The notes beneath the pieces are model-generated. The model had not been told where the DNA came from. It did no database searches and was given only the letters and a program-made list of their open reading frames with translations. A stretch of 63,158 nt of DNA, counting the filler. It is 5 parts of 5 records of this genome, joined end to end, with 100 filler letters (N's around TTAATTAATTAA, not from the genome) between each part and the next. Parts side by side here need not be neighbours in the genome. Positions count along the whole stretch, not along the records: positions 1 to 14,684 come from SRR31156797_17578; positions 14,785 to 21,078 come from SRR31156797_17590; 3 more parts are not named here. The stretch is one strand, 5' to 3'. A program made the translations under genes and the position numbers. This document shows, one piece after another, positions 9,057 to 18,974 of this stretch. How positions within the stretch are numbered: position 1 is the first letter of the stretch; every line of letters starts with the position of its first letter.

Positions 9057-10718
9057 CTATTTATCCATCTGTCTGGTCAACAGCATTACCGGAAATAGTC
9101 CGACAAGGACGAGGATGATGGCAGGAACTGCTGCAAGCTCCCATTCCCCTTCGGAAGTGTATTCATAAATTTTTACTGCCAGAGTGTCCCAACCGAAGGG
9201 ACGCATCGTCAGAGTGATAGGCATTTCTTTCATTACATCCACCAGCACAAGAATTGCTCCGGTGAGTAAGCCTTTCCTGAGCATGGGAATGTAGACCCGG
9301 CGCAGCATGCTTATCCCGGTGACTCCTAAAGTGCGGGCAGCTTCACCTATTGATGGAGTTATGCGTTGGATGGCACTGTCGACCGCCCCGAATCCGGCAG
9401 CAAGAAAGCGTATTCCATATGCCGCAATCATCAGCCCCAGCGATCCTTGAATCATATTGCTTGTGTCGATGCCCGCGGGTTTAAACAGGTTGGCAATTGT
9501 ATTGTCCAGCCATGCTGCAGGGATAAATATACCTACAGCAAGTACGGTTCCGGGCAGGGCATAGCCGAGAGTTGCAATGCGGGTGGACCAGTTCATGAGC
9601 GGTCCGGGGTCGTTTCTTTTGGCAAATGAAAGGGCGAGCGCGGCAGCTGTTGTAATCACAGCTCCGGCAAGACCCAGCAGTAGAGTGTTCAAGCCATATT
9701 CAACGTAACGGGTCAGATCAGTTTCAATTGCCTCAAATCCCCATTGTATGAGTTTGATACATGGCAGGGCAAAGGCAAGAAAGAAAACTAGTGAACAGCT
9801 GGAAAAGGCCAGCCATTTCCATGGTCCGGATAGCTTCAGGCGCTCTGTTTTGTTGTTCCGTCCGGCTTCAGTATAGCGCATTCTAGAGCGCATCTTCTGT
9901 TCGGTTACCAGTGCGGTAAGGACAATAATCGCTAGTAATGAAGAAAGCTGAGCCGCGCTTTCAAGGGAAAACATGCCGAACCATGCTTTGTAGATGGCGT
10001 TGGTAAAGGTGTCGTAATTGAAGATGGAAACCGCACCGAAATCGGCGAGACTTTCCATACAGACGAGCACTAATCCGGCTGCAATGAACGGGCGGGCCAT
10101 GGGCAGGGCCACTTTAAAAAATGCTTTTGCCGGGGAATGGCCCAGTGTTCTTGCTGCTTCAATAGCTGTGCGTCCTTGAGTCATAAATGCGCTACGGCTC
10201 ATCAGGTACACGTATGGATAGAAGGCAAGGGATAGAATCAGCGAAACCCCGCCGAAATTGCGGATGTCGATGAAGCCCACCGACGGGAAAATAGACCTAA
10301 TGAATGACTGTACCGGGCCGGTAAAGTCGAAAATTCCAAGGTAGACAAATGCGAATACGTACGGAGGGATGGCAAATGGCAGCACCAAAGCCCATGAGAA
10401 AAATTTCCGGCCGGGGAAATTACAGGCCCCGGTCAGCCACCCCAGTCCTACTCCACTGATAGCCGTTAAGGGAATGATGCAGATGAGCAGCAGCGTTGTA
10501 TTTACGGCTAAAGTGCTCAGCACGTTTTCAGTGAGATGGGACCAAATTTCCTGATTAGGTGATAGCAGGTAGCTGAGAATGACCAGTAAAGGAGCGGCGG
10601 CCAGAACTGCAAGTGCTCCGGCAAGGGCAAACCATGCCGGAGACTTGATCCGAAAGATCGTCCGCCGGGGGGTTGGAGGAACTCCCCCGGCAGGATTAGA
10701 GGTAATCTCTTGAGCCAT
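9057..10718 (-). CDS. fbpB: Fe(III) ABC transporter permease
   Basis: Duplicated permease with two EAARTLG loops. Confidence 0.9.
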   Translation of the reverse strand: MAQEITSNPAGGVPPTPRRTIFRIKSPAWFALAGALAVLAAAPLLVILSYLLSPNQEIWSHLTENVLSTLAVNTTLLLICIIPLTAISGVGLGWLTGACNFPGRKFFSWALVLPFAIPPYVFAFVYLGIFDFTGPVQSFIRSIFPSVGFIDIRNFGGVSLILSLAFYPYVYLMSRSAFMTQGRTAIEAARTLGHSPAKAFFKVALPMARPFIAAGLVLVCMESLADFGAVSIFNYDTFTNAIYKAWFGMFSLESAAQLSSLLAIIVLTALVTEQKMRSRMRYTEAGRNNKTERLKLSGPWKWLAFSSCSLVFFLAFALPCIKLIQWGFEAIETDLTRYVEYGLNTLLLGLAGAVITTAAALALSFAKRNDPGPLMNWSTRIATLGYALPGTVLAVGIFIPAAWLDNTIANLFKPAGIDTSNMIQGSLGLMIAAYGIRFLAAGFGAVDSAIQRITPSIGEAARTLGVTGISMLRRVYIPMLRKGLLTGAILVLVDVMKEMPITLTMRPFGWDTLAVKIYEYTSEGEWELAAVPAIILVLVGLFPVMLLTRQMDK

Positions 10719-10723
10719 TTTTA

Positions 10724-11725
10724 TTATTTGTATCCGGCGCGATCCATGAGCTTGATTGCTTCAGCCTGATATTCGCCGTACTTGGATACATTCATGGGAT
10801 TACCCTTGAATTCTCCCCATGCGGCTACAACAGGATCGGGCTTAACTTCAGGGTTAACGGGATACTCCATGTTCAGGGAAGCGAATTTGCCCTGTGCTTT
10901 TCCAGAGGAAAGCCACTCAAGCAGTTTAAGGGCTTCTTCTTTATGCTTTGCATGGGCGGTAACACCTGCACCGGAAACGTTCATATGCACGCCGCTGGTT
11001 TTCTGGTTGGGCCAGAAAATTGCGAGAGGCAGATCGGGGCTCTTTTTGAGCAGGCGACCGAAGTAGTAAGTGTTGACCACAGCCACATCACCTACACCGG
11101 CAACAACTGCTTCAAGGGTTTTGGTGTCGCTGGAAAAGGGAGCGACAGGCATATTTTTAACCCAAGATTTAACAATTTTTTCGGTTTCAGCTTCGCCTTT
11201 TTCCGCAATGAAGGATGCTACGAGGGACTGATTGTATACCTTTTTAGATGTTCTGAGCAATAGGCTTCCTTTCCATTTGGCATCACCGAGGGCTTCGTAG
11301 GTACTGAGTTCTTCGGGGGAAACTTTGTTTTTATTGTAAACGATTGTGCGTGCGCGTACGGAAAGTCCGGCCCAGCGGTTTTCGGGATCACGCAGATGGG
11401 CTGGTACGTTCTTTTCAAGGATCGCGGATTTTAGCGGGGCCAGAATTCCTTCGTTGGCAGCGTGCCAGAGGTTCCCGGCATCAACGGTAATGAAAAGGTC
11501 TGCCGGGGTGTTTGCGCCTTCAGCCTTGATGCGTTCGAGCAGGGCTCCGGCTTTTCCGGTGATATATTTTACTTTGACTCCGGTTTCCGCGGTGTAGGCG
11601 TCAAATAGTGGTTTGATGAGATGTTCTTTGCGTGCTGAGTATACAACTACTTCAGATGCAAAGGCTGCTGCGGACCATGCCGTGACCATAATTGCTGTGA
11701 TAGCAAGGGTGATTAGTTTTTTCAT
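10724..11725 (-). CDS. fbpA: Fe(III) periplasmic binding protein (FbpA/FutA)
   Basis: Signal peptide, VYSARK, NTYY tyrosine pair, EYP motif. Confidence 0.9.
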   Translation of the reverse strand: MKKLITLAITAIMVTAWSAAAFASEVVVYSARKEHLIKPLFDAYTAETGVKVKYITGKAGALLERIKAEGANTPADLFITVDAGNLWHAANEGILAPLKSAILEKNVPAHLRDPENRWAGLSVRARTIVYNKNKVSPEELSTYEALGDAKWKGSLLLRTSKKVYNQSLVASFIAEKGEAETEKIVKSWVKNMPVAPFSSDTKTLEAVVAGVGDVAVVNTYYFGRLLKKSPDLPLAIFWPNQKTSGVHMNVSGAGVTAHAKHKEEALKLLEWLSSGKAQGKFASLNMEYPVNPEVKPDPVVAAWGEFKGNPMNVSKYGEYQAEAIKLMDRAGYK

Positions 11726-11757
11726 TATTTCTCTCCCTGATTGGTTTTGTTGTGACT

Positions 11758-11774
11758 TTGAAATTGAATTTCAA
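11758..11774. promoter_or_regulatory. Fur-box-like palindrome upstream of fbpA
   Basis: Perfect 8-1-8 dyad TTGAAATT-G-AATTTCAA about 33 bp upstream of the iron-uptake operon. Confidence 0.75.
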
Positions 11775-12057
11775 TAACAGATAATGACGGTGTGGAATTG
11801 TGTCAAGGTAGGCGAGTAAGTGGTTGCTTTGGGTGTAATTGGTCTTGTATTCAGTGGGTTGCGAATGTTTTTGATGTCTGGGTTAATCCACATTTAGCTA
11901 AAAAATATACTAAAATAGTATGGTTTTTGAGTCTGGGTGAATTAACATTTTGAAATAATGAAGAATGTTTTTTAAAAAAGTTGTGGTGATGGCTAAATGG
12001 ATAAATTAAGAGTCGTATTTATTGTTAAAGTTGGCAGTCTTCTCGGTAGTTATGGGG

Positions 12058-12107
12058 CAAAACAAAGCGGAGGTAGTGAGGTCGATAAGACCGTCACAAC
12101 CTCCGCT
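12058..12107 (-). terminator. Intrinsic terminator after the torA-like gene
   Basis: AGCGGAGGT...ACCTCCGCT long stem followed by a U-rich tract on the minus strand. Confidence 0.7.
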
Positions 12108-12150
12108 ATTAGATCATTAAAACGAGTTGTTAGTTTATCCGACGTCGCTG

Positions 12151-14583
12151 TTAGGCTCCTTTGGGTGCGTCGAAAACAGTTACTGTCGGGGCTTTGCCTT
12201 TGAACTTCTCAATCTGGACCAGTGCGGAGTTGGCAATTGTTGCCTGAGCCAGCTTGGAAGACCCCTTGTCCACGGTAAGCACGTTTACGTGGCCGTATTT
12301 GCACATGGTGTCGTCTTTTCCGGGATTGAGGGGATCATACCAGCCGCCTTCGCGCAGACGAACAACTCCGGGCATGATGCGCTTGGAAACCTTGGCTCCG
12401 GCCAGCACTTCTCCACGGTCGTTGAAAACGCGGACAATATCGTCGTTCTTGATGCCGCGTTTTTTTGCGTCAGCAGCACTGATCAGCACTGGCTCACGGT
12501 CCTTGATGGCGTATTTGTCGCGTAGGGACTTCACGTTGTTCATCTGGGAGTGCAGCCTGTCTTTGGGGTGCGGGCTGAGCAGGTGCAGGGGATATTGCTT
12601 GGCCTTGGGTGAACCGAGGTATTCAATAGGCTCAATCCAGCTTGCGTGGGGCGGACAGTCATCGTAGCCCATCTTTTCGATATCTCGGGAGAAAAGCTCG
12701 ATTTTACCGGAAGCGGTTCCAAGGGGTTCGAATAAAGGTTCTTCGCGGTAGTCCGCATGGCGGGTCCATTGTTTGGCTTCCTCGGTAACCGGGAATTCAA
12801 CCTGTTTGTTCTCTGCCCAGAAGGTATCGAAATCAGGCATGGACAGTTTCTTGCCATCGGCCTGTTTTTTAGCGGCGTTGTAGAAGGATTTAACCCATTC
12901 CATTTCGCTCTTTCCTTCGGTGAAAGCCTTGCCGTGGCCCAGCTTTTCAGCCAGTAGGGAGAATATTTCATAGGTAGGCTTGGATTCGTAAAGAGGCTTG
13001 ATGACCTGCTTCATGGGCATAATGTAGCGGGCAGAATAGTCCCCGCCACGCTCAACGTCATTTTGCTCAAAGGAGGTGCATGCGGGCAGGACTATATCTG
13101 CGAAACGTGCGGTGGGGGTCCAGAACATTTCATTCACAATGATGGTCTCGGGCTTTCTCCAGGCCTTGATCATCTTGTTGCGGTCCTGCTGGTGATGGAA
13201 GGGGTTACCACCGGCCCAGTAGATGAGTTTCAGTTCCGGGTAAGTGACTTTGCCGCCGTTGAAGTCGATGGTCTTGCCGGGCTCAAGCAGGCAGTCGGTG
13301 ATCCTTGCCACCGGGATTGCCGGAGGCATGTTTTTTGGGGCTTTACCTGCGCCGAAGCCGGGAAGTCCCGGAGCATTGGCAGTGGGAGAGCCTGCACCTG
13401 AATAGTGGTAGGCCAGACCGAAGCCTCCGCCGGGAAGACCGATTTGTCCGATCATGCTGGCAAGGGTTACCAGTGCCCAGTGGGCCTGTTCGCCGTGGTC
13501 GGCGCGTTGCATGGACCAGCCGGACATGAGCATGGTCCGGCCCTTTACGCTTACACGGGCGATATCAGTAATGGTCTTAGCGGGAACGCCGCAAATCTTT
13601 TCAGCCCATTCCGGGGTCTTGGGAGTCTTATCGGTTTCTCCGAGGATGTAGGCTTTTACTTTGCCGTAGCCCACGGTGTATTCATCAAGGAATTCCACGT
13701 CAGCCAGTTCTTCCTTGATCAACACGTAAGCCATAGCCAGCATCATGGATACATCAGTATTGGGGCGCGGGGTGATGTGTTCAGCTCCGAGATACTCAAT
13801 GCTATCTGATTTCATGGGATCAATGGCGATGATGCGTTTGCCAGCTGCCTTGAGTTTGGCGATCCAGTCCTGCCCTTCGTGGTCGGGGATAGACCAGCCC
13901 ATGCGCAGGGTGGTCAGCGGATCTGCACCCCAGAGGATGATGGTGTCGGAGTGTTCTATGATGGTGGGCCATGAACTCTGCTGGGAGTATACTTCCATGT
14001 TACCCATAACGTAGCCCATGATGATCTGGGATGCACCGGTGCTGTAGTCACCAACGCAGCTGGTGAAGCCTCCCTGCAGGTTCATGATTTTGCGCAGGCC
14101 GGATGCGGAGTTGTGCAGTTTACCGAGGTTGCGCCAGCCGGGAGTTCCTGCATAGATTGCTGCCGGGCCGTAATCTTTTTTCACCCGGTTCAGTTCGTTT
14201 GCAACCAGCTCAAGAGCTTTATCCCAGCTTACGCGGACAAATTCTCCAGTTCCACGTTCAGCAGTATCGCTCTTATGGCCGTTTTTCAGAAAGCTTTTGC
14301 GGACCATGGGGTATTTGATGCGGGTCGGGGAATAAACATAGTCCGGTGTTGCTTTGACCAGAGAAGTGGGGTGGTTGTCCTTGGAAAAGGGAACCGCTTC
14401 AATGAATTTGCCGTCTTTGACCTTGGCCCGGAATGCTCCCCAGTGGGCGGCGGTCATGATGTTTTCCTCGCCTCCGGCTGCAAAGGCCGGGGTAAGTACG
14501 GACGGTCCCAGCAAAGATGCCAGTCCGGCAATGGCTGAATAACCAAGAAATTTACGCCTTGAAATAGTACCTCGTTTACTCAT
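12151..14583 (-). CDS. torA: Periplasmic bis-MGD molybdoenzyme, TMAO/DMSO/biotin-sulfoxide reductase clade (TorA-like)
   Basis: Tat motif SRRKFL, AAHWG, GDYSTGA Ser ligand, QRADHGEQ, RLHSQ, EGGWY; no N-terminal Fe-S cysteines; GGAGG before ATG 14583. Confidence 0.85.
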   Translation of the reverse strand: MSKRGTISRRKFLGYSAIAGLASLLGPSVLTPAFAAGGEENIMTAAHWGAFRAKVKDGKFIEAVPFSKDNHPTSLVKATPDYVYSPTRIKYPMVRKSFLKNGHKSDTAERGTGEFVRVSWDKALELVANELNRVKKDYGPAAIYAGTPGWRNLGKLHNSASGLRKIMNLQGGFTSCVGDYSTGASQIIMGYVMGNMEVYSQQSSWPTIIEHSDTIILWGADPLTTLRMGWSIPDHEGQDWIAKLKAAGKRIIAIDPMKSDSIEYLGAEHITPRPNTDVSMMLAMAYVLIKEELADVEFLDEYTVGYGKVKAYILGETDKTPKTPEWAEKICGVPAKTITDIARVSVKGRTMLMSGWSMQRADHGEQAHWALVTLASMIGQIGLPGGGFGLAYHYSGAGSPTANAPGLPGFGAGKAPKNMPPAIPVARITDCLLEPGKTIDFNGGKVTYPELKLIYWAGGNPFHHQQDRNKMIKAWRKPETIIVNEMFWTPTARFADIVLPACTSFEQNDVERGGDYSARYIMPMKQVIKPLYESKPTYEIFSLLAEKLGHGKAFTEGKSEMEWVKSFYNAAKKQADGKKLSMPDFDTFWAENKQVEFPVTEEAKQWTRHADYREEPLFEPLGTASGKIELFSRDIEKMGYDDCPPHASWIEPIEYLGSPKAKQYPLHLLSPHPKDRLHSQMNNVKSLRDKYAIKDREPVLISAADAKKRGIKNDDIVRVFNDRGEVLAGAKVSKRIMPGVVRLREGGWYDPLNPGKDDTMCKYGHVNVLTVDKGSSKLAQATIANSALVQIEKFKGKAPTVTVFDAPKGA

Positions 14584-14627
14584 CTCTTCCTCCAAGTATT
14601 GACGCGCTATGCGCTTTTTGTGGGATA

Positions 14628-14684
14628 TGCCTCCGGCGGCCCTTTGGGGACCAAAGAAACTTTTGCAAAAGTTTCTCTGGACTC
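14628..14684. repeat. REP/MITE-like intergenic element truncated at the contig end
   Basis: GCCTCCGGCGGC followed by the perfect 22-bp palindrome AGAAACTTTTGCAAAAGTTTCT (14655-14676). Confidence 0.5.
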
Positions 14685-14784
14685 NNNNNNNNNNNNNNNN
14701 NNNNNNNNNNNNNNNNNNNNNNNNNNNNTTAATTAATTAANNNNNNNNNNNNNNNNNNNNNNNNNNNNNNNNNNNNNNNNNNNN
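14685..14784. other. Artificial contig linker
   Basis: N44-TTAATTAATTAA-N44, stops in all six frames. Confidence 0.98.
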
Positions 14785-14944
14785 CAATATCAAAGACCTC
14801 TTGTTCCAGAAGCCTTTTTGCATCATCAAAGGTGGATGCCGCAACCAGGGTGCACATGGGCAGCAGATCTTCGAGGGTTTCAAGTACGTCAGGTTCATCG
14901 TCGACAATGAGAATCCGTTTTCCATCCAGTAAATCGTTTGCCAT
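14785..14944 (-). CDS. Response regulator receiver domain, N-terminal part (truncated by contig end)
   Basis: ILIVDDEPDV receiver beta1 motif. Confidence 0.8.
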
Positions 14945-15089
14945 GTTATTGAAAGTCTCCAATCAAGATATGAGTCAGATTTCGCATTAAAACTCCCACA
15001 TTTTAACTATTATTTTTTCGCTTTCAAGGCGCAATCGCTAAAACAAGTATTCCCGGAATGGGAAAACCGCACGGCTGTGGGTAAAGATG

Positions 15090-15118
15090 CGCGCCGTTGA
15101 TCATGGATCAACGGCGCG
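15090..15118 (-). terminator. Hairpin after acyl-CoA dehydrogenase, probable terminator
   Basis: CGCGCCGTTGATC-ATG-GATCAACGGCGCG, 13-bp perfect stem. Confidence 0.6.
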
Positions 15119-15130
15119 TTATGGAAAATA

Positions 15131-16648
15131 TTAAAAAATTCTGTCCTCGGTTGCCCAGGCGGGAAACCACTGATAGTGTTCCTTGGGAAAAGCCTGCTCA
15201 AGCCCGTCATAGGTGGCTTTGGCAAGAGCAATCCCCTTTTTATCACGGTTCAACAGGACCCATCCTTTCCCCTCAAGGGATAAAAGCACTTCGTCCAATT
15301 GTTCATGGGACACATCAAAATGGAGCAACATGTCTTCCCGGTTCATGTGCAGGCCGGGGTTGACCCGATAGTCCTCGGCCAATACATTCAACAGGCTTTC
15401 CTCATCCACCCGGTCCGCTTTTTGGGGATCCGCCGCCGGCACAGGGACTCCCAGCTCCTCATGGATGACCCGCCGTGGCTGCTTGAGCTCCCGGGCCATC
15501 TGCTTCATGGCGGTCCGGTGAATCACCATCCTGCAGGCCTCCATGGTGCCGCCGGCGATATTTTCCACCTTGGCCACGTGCATGATGGCCGAAAGGGGAT
15601 AAAAGGGCGTGAGCCCGTCTCCGCCCATGACCTGTATGGCATCCAGGCTGGAAGCCATAACGCCCTCGGCGTTATAGACCTTGGCCATGTTGGATTCCAG
15701 CGTAATATCCCACCCCAGATCCCACAAATAGGCCGTATAAAATGTCAGGAGTCTCGCGATTTTCAAGCGGCTCACCAGATCCGCCACCTTGAACCGGTTG
15801 TTCACAAAACTGATGGTGGGCTTGCCGAATTGGACCCTGCGCTGGCAGTAGGGGACCGTGTTTCTGAGCAGTTCTTCCATCCATCCGGCGGTCTGGGCGC
15901 AGATGAGGGTCCGTTCAAAGTTAAGGCCCGCCGTCATCACGGACCATCCCTCCCCTTCCTCTCCCAACATATTGGCAACGGGAACCCGGACATCCTTGAA
16001 ATCCAAAACCCCGTTCTGGATATTTTCAAAGCCGATGACCTCGTTGATTTTCTCGACGCTGAACCCCGGCGTCCCTTTTTCAACAATAAAGGCCGTGAGG
16101 TGTTTGTATTTGCGCCGGACTTCCGGATCATCGCTGGTGCGGGCATAGACCATGTAACGGTCCGCAACGCCCGCCGAGACGATGTACCGTTTCTTACCGT
16201 TGAGCACATATGCGTCGCCGTCCCGCCGGGCCATGGTTACCTGTGCCGCGGCGTCCGTGCCCGCAACCGGTTCGGTAATGACGATGGCGCCGATCTCCCC
16301 CCTTGAAATCCTGGGCAGAAAGCGCTTTTTCTGTTCTTCATTACCGAATTCAATGATTTGACGCAAACCGCCCAGCATGTTGCCCACGTAGACCCGGCCG
16401 GGACCCGGAATGCGGTTCATGGCCGCTGCCGCAATGCAAGCGCCGGTGGCGCCCAGGCCCATACCGCCGTACTCCTTGGGCACGCCGGCGCCCGTATACC
16501 CTCTTTCGCCGATGGCTTCAAATATGTCCCAGGGAAACTCCCGTTTCCACCGGGTCTCCGCGTCGCGGAACATCATTTCTTCCACAAAAGCCGTCATCTC
16601 TTCCTGAAAGGCCTTCTGTTCATCCGTCCACCAGGGATACACTTCCAT
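15131..16648 (-). CDS. Acyl-CoA dehydrogenase with C-terminal winged-helix-like extension
   Basis: ITEPVAGTD, LNGKKRYI, LNFER, RVQFGK, IQVMGGDG, IAGGT; about 120 extra C-terminal residues. Confidence 0.88.
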   Translation of the reverse strand: MEVYPWWTDEQKAFQEEMTAFVEEMMFRDAETRWKREFPWDIFEAIGERGYTGAGVPKEYGGMGLGATGACIAAAAMNRIPGPGRVYVGNMLGGLRQIIEFGNEEQKKRFLPRISRGEIGAIVITEPVAGTDAAAQVTMARRDGDAYVLNGKKRYIVSAGVADRYMVYARTSDDPEVRRKYKHLTAFIVEKGTPGFSVEKINEVIGFENIQNGVLDFKDVRVPVANMLGEEGEGWSVMTAGLNFERTLICAQTAGWMEELLRNTVPYCQRRVQFGKPTISFVNNRFKVADLVSRLKIARLLTFYTAYLWDLGWDITLESNMAKVYNAEGVMASSLDAIQVMGGDGLTPFYPLSAIMHVAKVENIAGGTMEACRMVIHRTAMKQMARELKQPRRVIHEELGVPVPAADPQKADRVDEESLLNVLAEDYRVNPGLHMNREDMLLHFDVSHEQLDEVLLSLEGKGWVLLNRDKKGIALAKATYDGLEQAFPKEHYQWFPAWATEDRIF

Positions 16649-16679
16649 TGATGTTTCTCCTTATATTATTTTGAAAACC

Positions 16680-18974
16680 TTACCCGTTTTCTTTCTTTTC
16701 CTTCAGGGCCATGACAATCTTTTCGGGCGTCAGAGGTTGCTCCTTGAACCAGATGCCCGTGGCATCATGGACCGCCGTAAATATGGATGGCGGCACGCTC
16801 ACGATGGCCCCTTCCGAGGCCTCCTTGGCACCGAAGGGGCCATCCGGATCTTCCGTTATGATGTCCACCACCGCCATATTGGGGATGTCTGAAGCCAGGG
16901 GCATCTTGTAATCCACCAGGGTCGGGTTGAGGGTTTTCCCGTGATCCATCTTGAACTCTTCATACATGGCCTGTCCCATGCCCTGCATGGCGGCCCCCTG
17001 GTTCTGGGCCTCCACGTTGATGGGATTGAGCGGAACCCCGCAGTCGTGGGCGATCAGCATGTCGGTGCATTTCAGAAATCCGGTCTCCAGATCCACATCC
17101 ACCTCGGTCAACTGGCTGGTGAAGCTGTAGGATGTGCCGCAGTTGCCGATCCCCTTTTCAAAATCGAGCACATCGATGCCGTAGTCCGAATATCCCCGTC
17201 CCAGGATTACGGCCCCCGACCCGGAATAGCAGGCGATCTTGGCTAACTGGTCAAAGGGCATATTTTTATGGGGTTCCCCCTTCACGCTCACCTGTCCGTC
17301 CTTGAAAAGGATGTCTTCGGGCGCCGCTTCCCATTTTTCAGCAGCAAAGGCTGCCAACTGCTGTTTCACATCTTGAGCCGCTTTCAGGGCCGCCTCGCCG
17401 GCCAGAACCGTCACCCGGCTGCCGTAGCTCCCCGCATCGCAGGGGGTCATGGCCGTATCCACCCGTTTGATATCCACATCTTCCATTGCGAGGCCCAACT
17501 CCTCGGCCACCATCTGCACCAGAACCGTATCCGATCCCTGGCCGCAGTCGGAGGCCCCCGTGAGATAATCGACGCTCCCGTCCTCACAGAGCCTGATCAC
17601 CGCGGCACAGGATTGATGGCCCCGCTGCCGGGCGCCTCCCAGGTAGGACGTGGCCGATATGCCCACACCGTGGGCCATGGGGCCCTCTTGTTTCTTGTTT
17701 TCACGATTTTTCCACACCGGGCTTTGGGCAATGGTCTCAATCCCTTCCATCAGCCCGCACGATTTGACCGTAACCTTGTTGACGGTTTCATGGGGTGCGG
17801 TGATGGCGTTTTTAAGCCGGACCGCCACCGGATCGATTCCCAACTCCTCCGCCATCATCTCCATCTGAAGTTCGGCGGCAAAGCGGGTATGGGTGACCCC
17901 GTGCCCCCGCATGGCCGCACCGATGGGGTTGTTGGTGTAGATGCGATAGGCGTCATGCTTGAAGTTGGGCAGTTTGTAGGGGAGCGTACTCATACAACCG
18001 GTGAGATACATGGTCAAGGGGCCGATGGCCGTATGGGCGCCGCCGTCGGCGATGACGCGGCTGTGCATGGCGGTGATGGTGCCGTCCTTCTTCATACCCA
18101 TCTTGTTGAACACGATCATGTTGTGACGTCGCCGGCAGGTCATTAAAACTTCTTCCATGGTGTATACGAACTTCACCGGCTTTCCCGTCAGTTTGGAGAA
18201 AAGCACCGAACAAAAATCCCCGGCCAGGGAATCGTTTTTGGTACCGCCGAACCCCCCGCCGATAAAGGGCTGGATCACCCGCACCTTGGATAGCGGCAGC
18301 CCGAAGCAGGCCGCCAGGTGCCGGTAGACGAAGTAAGGGCTCTGTTTGGCGGCCCAGATGGTGATCCCCGAAGAATCATACATGGCCACCGCCGCGGGCG
18401 GCTCCAGATAACCGGTGATCACCCGGCCCGTTTCGAAACGGTCCTCGTGGACCAGGTCCGCATCCCGGAACCCCTTTTCCACGTCGCCGAAATCCATATG
18501 AAAATCCCAGCTGAGGTTTTTTTCGGCATGGTCGTAGAGTTGCGGAGCACCCTCTTTCATGGCCTCTTCCGGGTCAAAGACCCCGGGCAGTTCCTCGTAT
18601 TCCACGTCAATGAGCTGGGCCGCCTCTTCCGCCGTGTCCTCGTCCATGGCCGCCACCGCTGCCACCGCCTCCCCCAGATAACGCACCCGTTCCGCCGCCA
18701 GCGGCTCTTCTTCGCGGGTCTTGGGCATCCACCCCCACTTCCAGCCCTTGAAATCCTTTCCCGTCAAAACCCCTTTCACACCGGGAAGCCGTTCGGCCCG
18801 GGATGTGTCAATGTTAAGGATTTTCGCGTGGGCATGGGGGCTTCGGGCAATCTTGCACCAGAGAAGCCCCGGCATTTCGTAGTCCGCCGCATATTTGGCT
18901 TCTCCCGTGACCTTGGCCAGGCCGTCGATGCGAGGGATTCTCTTGCCGATAACCGAATAGTTCTCCATTTTCAT
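16680..18974 (-). CDS. Xanthine-oxidase-family molybdopterin subunit, 4-hydroxybenzoyl-CoA reductase alpha (HcrA)-like
   Basis: GGGFGG, AMRGHG, GQG, GSYGSRVT, GPFGAKEASEG. Confidence 0.88.
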   Translation of the reverse strand: MKMENYSVIGKRIPRIDGLAKVTGEAKYAADYEMPGLLWCKIARSPHAHAKILNIDTSRAERLPGVKGVLTGKDFKGWKWGWMPKTREEEPLAAERVRYLGEAVAAVAAMDEDTAEEAAQLIDVEYEELPGVFDPEEAMKEGAPQLYDHAEKNLSWDFHMDFGDVEKGFRDADLVHEDRFETGRVITGYLEPPAAVAMYDSSGITIWAAKQSPYFVYRHLAACFGLPLSKVRVIQPFIGGGFGGTKNDSLAGDFCSVLFSKLTGKPVKFVYTMEEVLMTCRRRHNMIVFNKMGMKKDGTITAMHSRVIADGGAHTAIGPLTMYLTGCMSTLPYKLPNFKHDAYRIYTNNPIGAAMRGHGVTHTRFAAELQMEMMAEELGIDPVAVRLKNAITAPHETVNKVTVKSCGLMEGIETIAQSPVWKNRENKKQEGPMAHGVGISATSYLGGARQRGHQSCAAVIRLCEDGSVDYLTGASDCGQGSDTVLVQMVAEELGLAMEDVDIKRVDTAMTPCDAGSYGSRVTVLAGEAALKAAQDVKQQLAAFAAEKWEAAPEDILFKDGQVSVKGEPHKNMPFDQLAKIACYSGSGAVILGRGYSDYGIDVLDFEKGIGNCGTSYSFTSQLTEVDVDLETGFLKCTDMLIAHDCGVPLNPINVEAQNQGAAMQGMGQAMYEEFKMDHGKTLNPTLVDYKMPLASDIPNMAVVDIITEDPDGPFGAKEASEGAIVSVPPSIFTAVHDATGIWFKEQPLTPEKIVMALKEKKENG

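Noticed and set aside
16680-18974. Aerobic CO dehydrogenase CoxL
   Set aside because: It lacks the AYxCSFR active-site loop and has AMRGHG instead.
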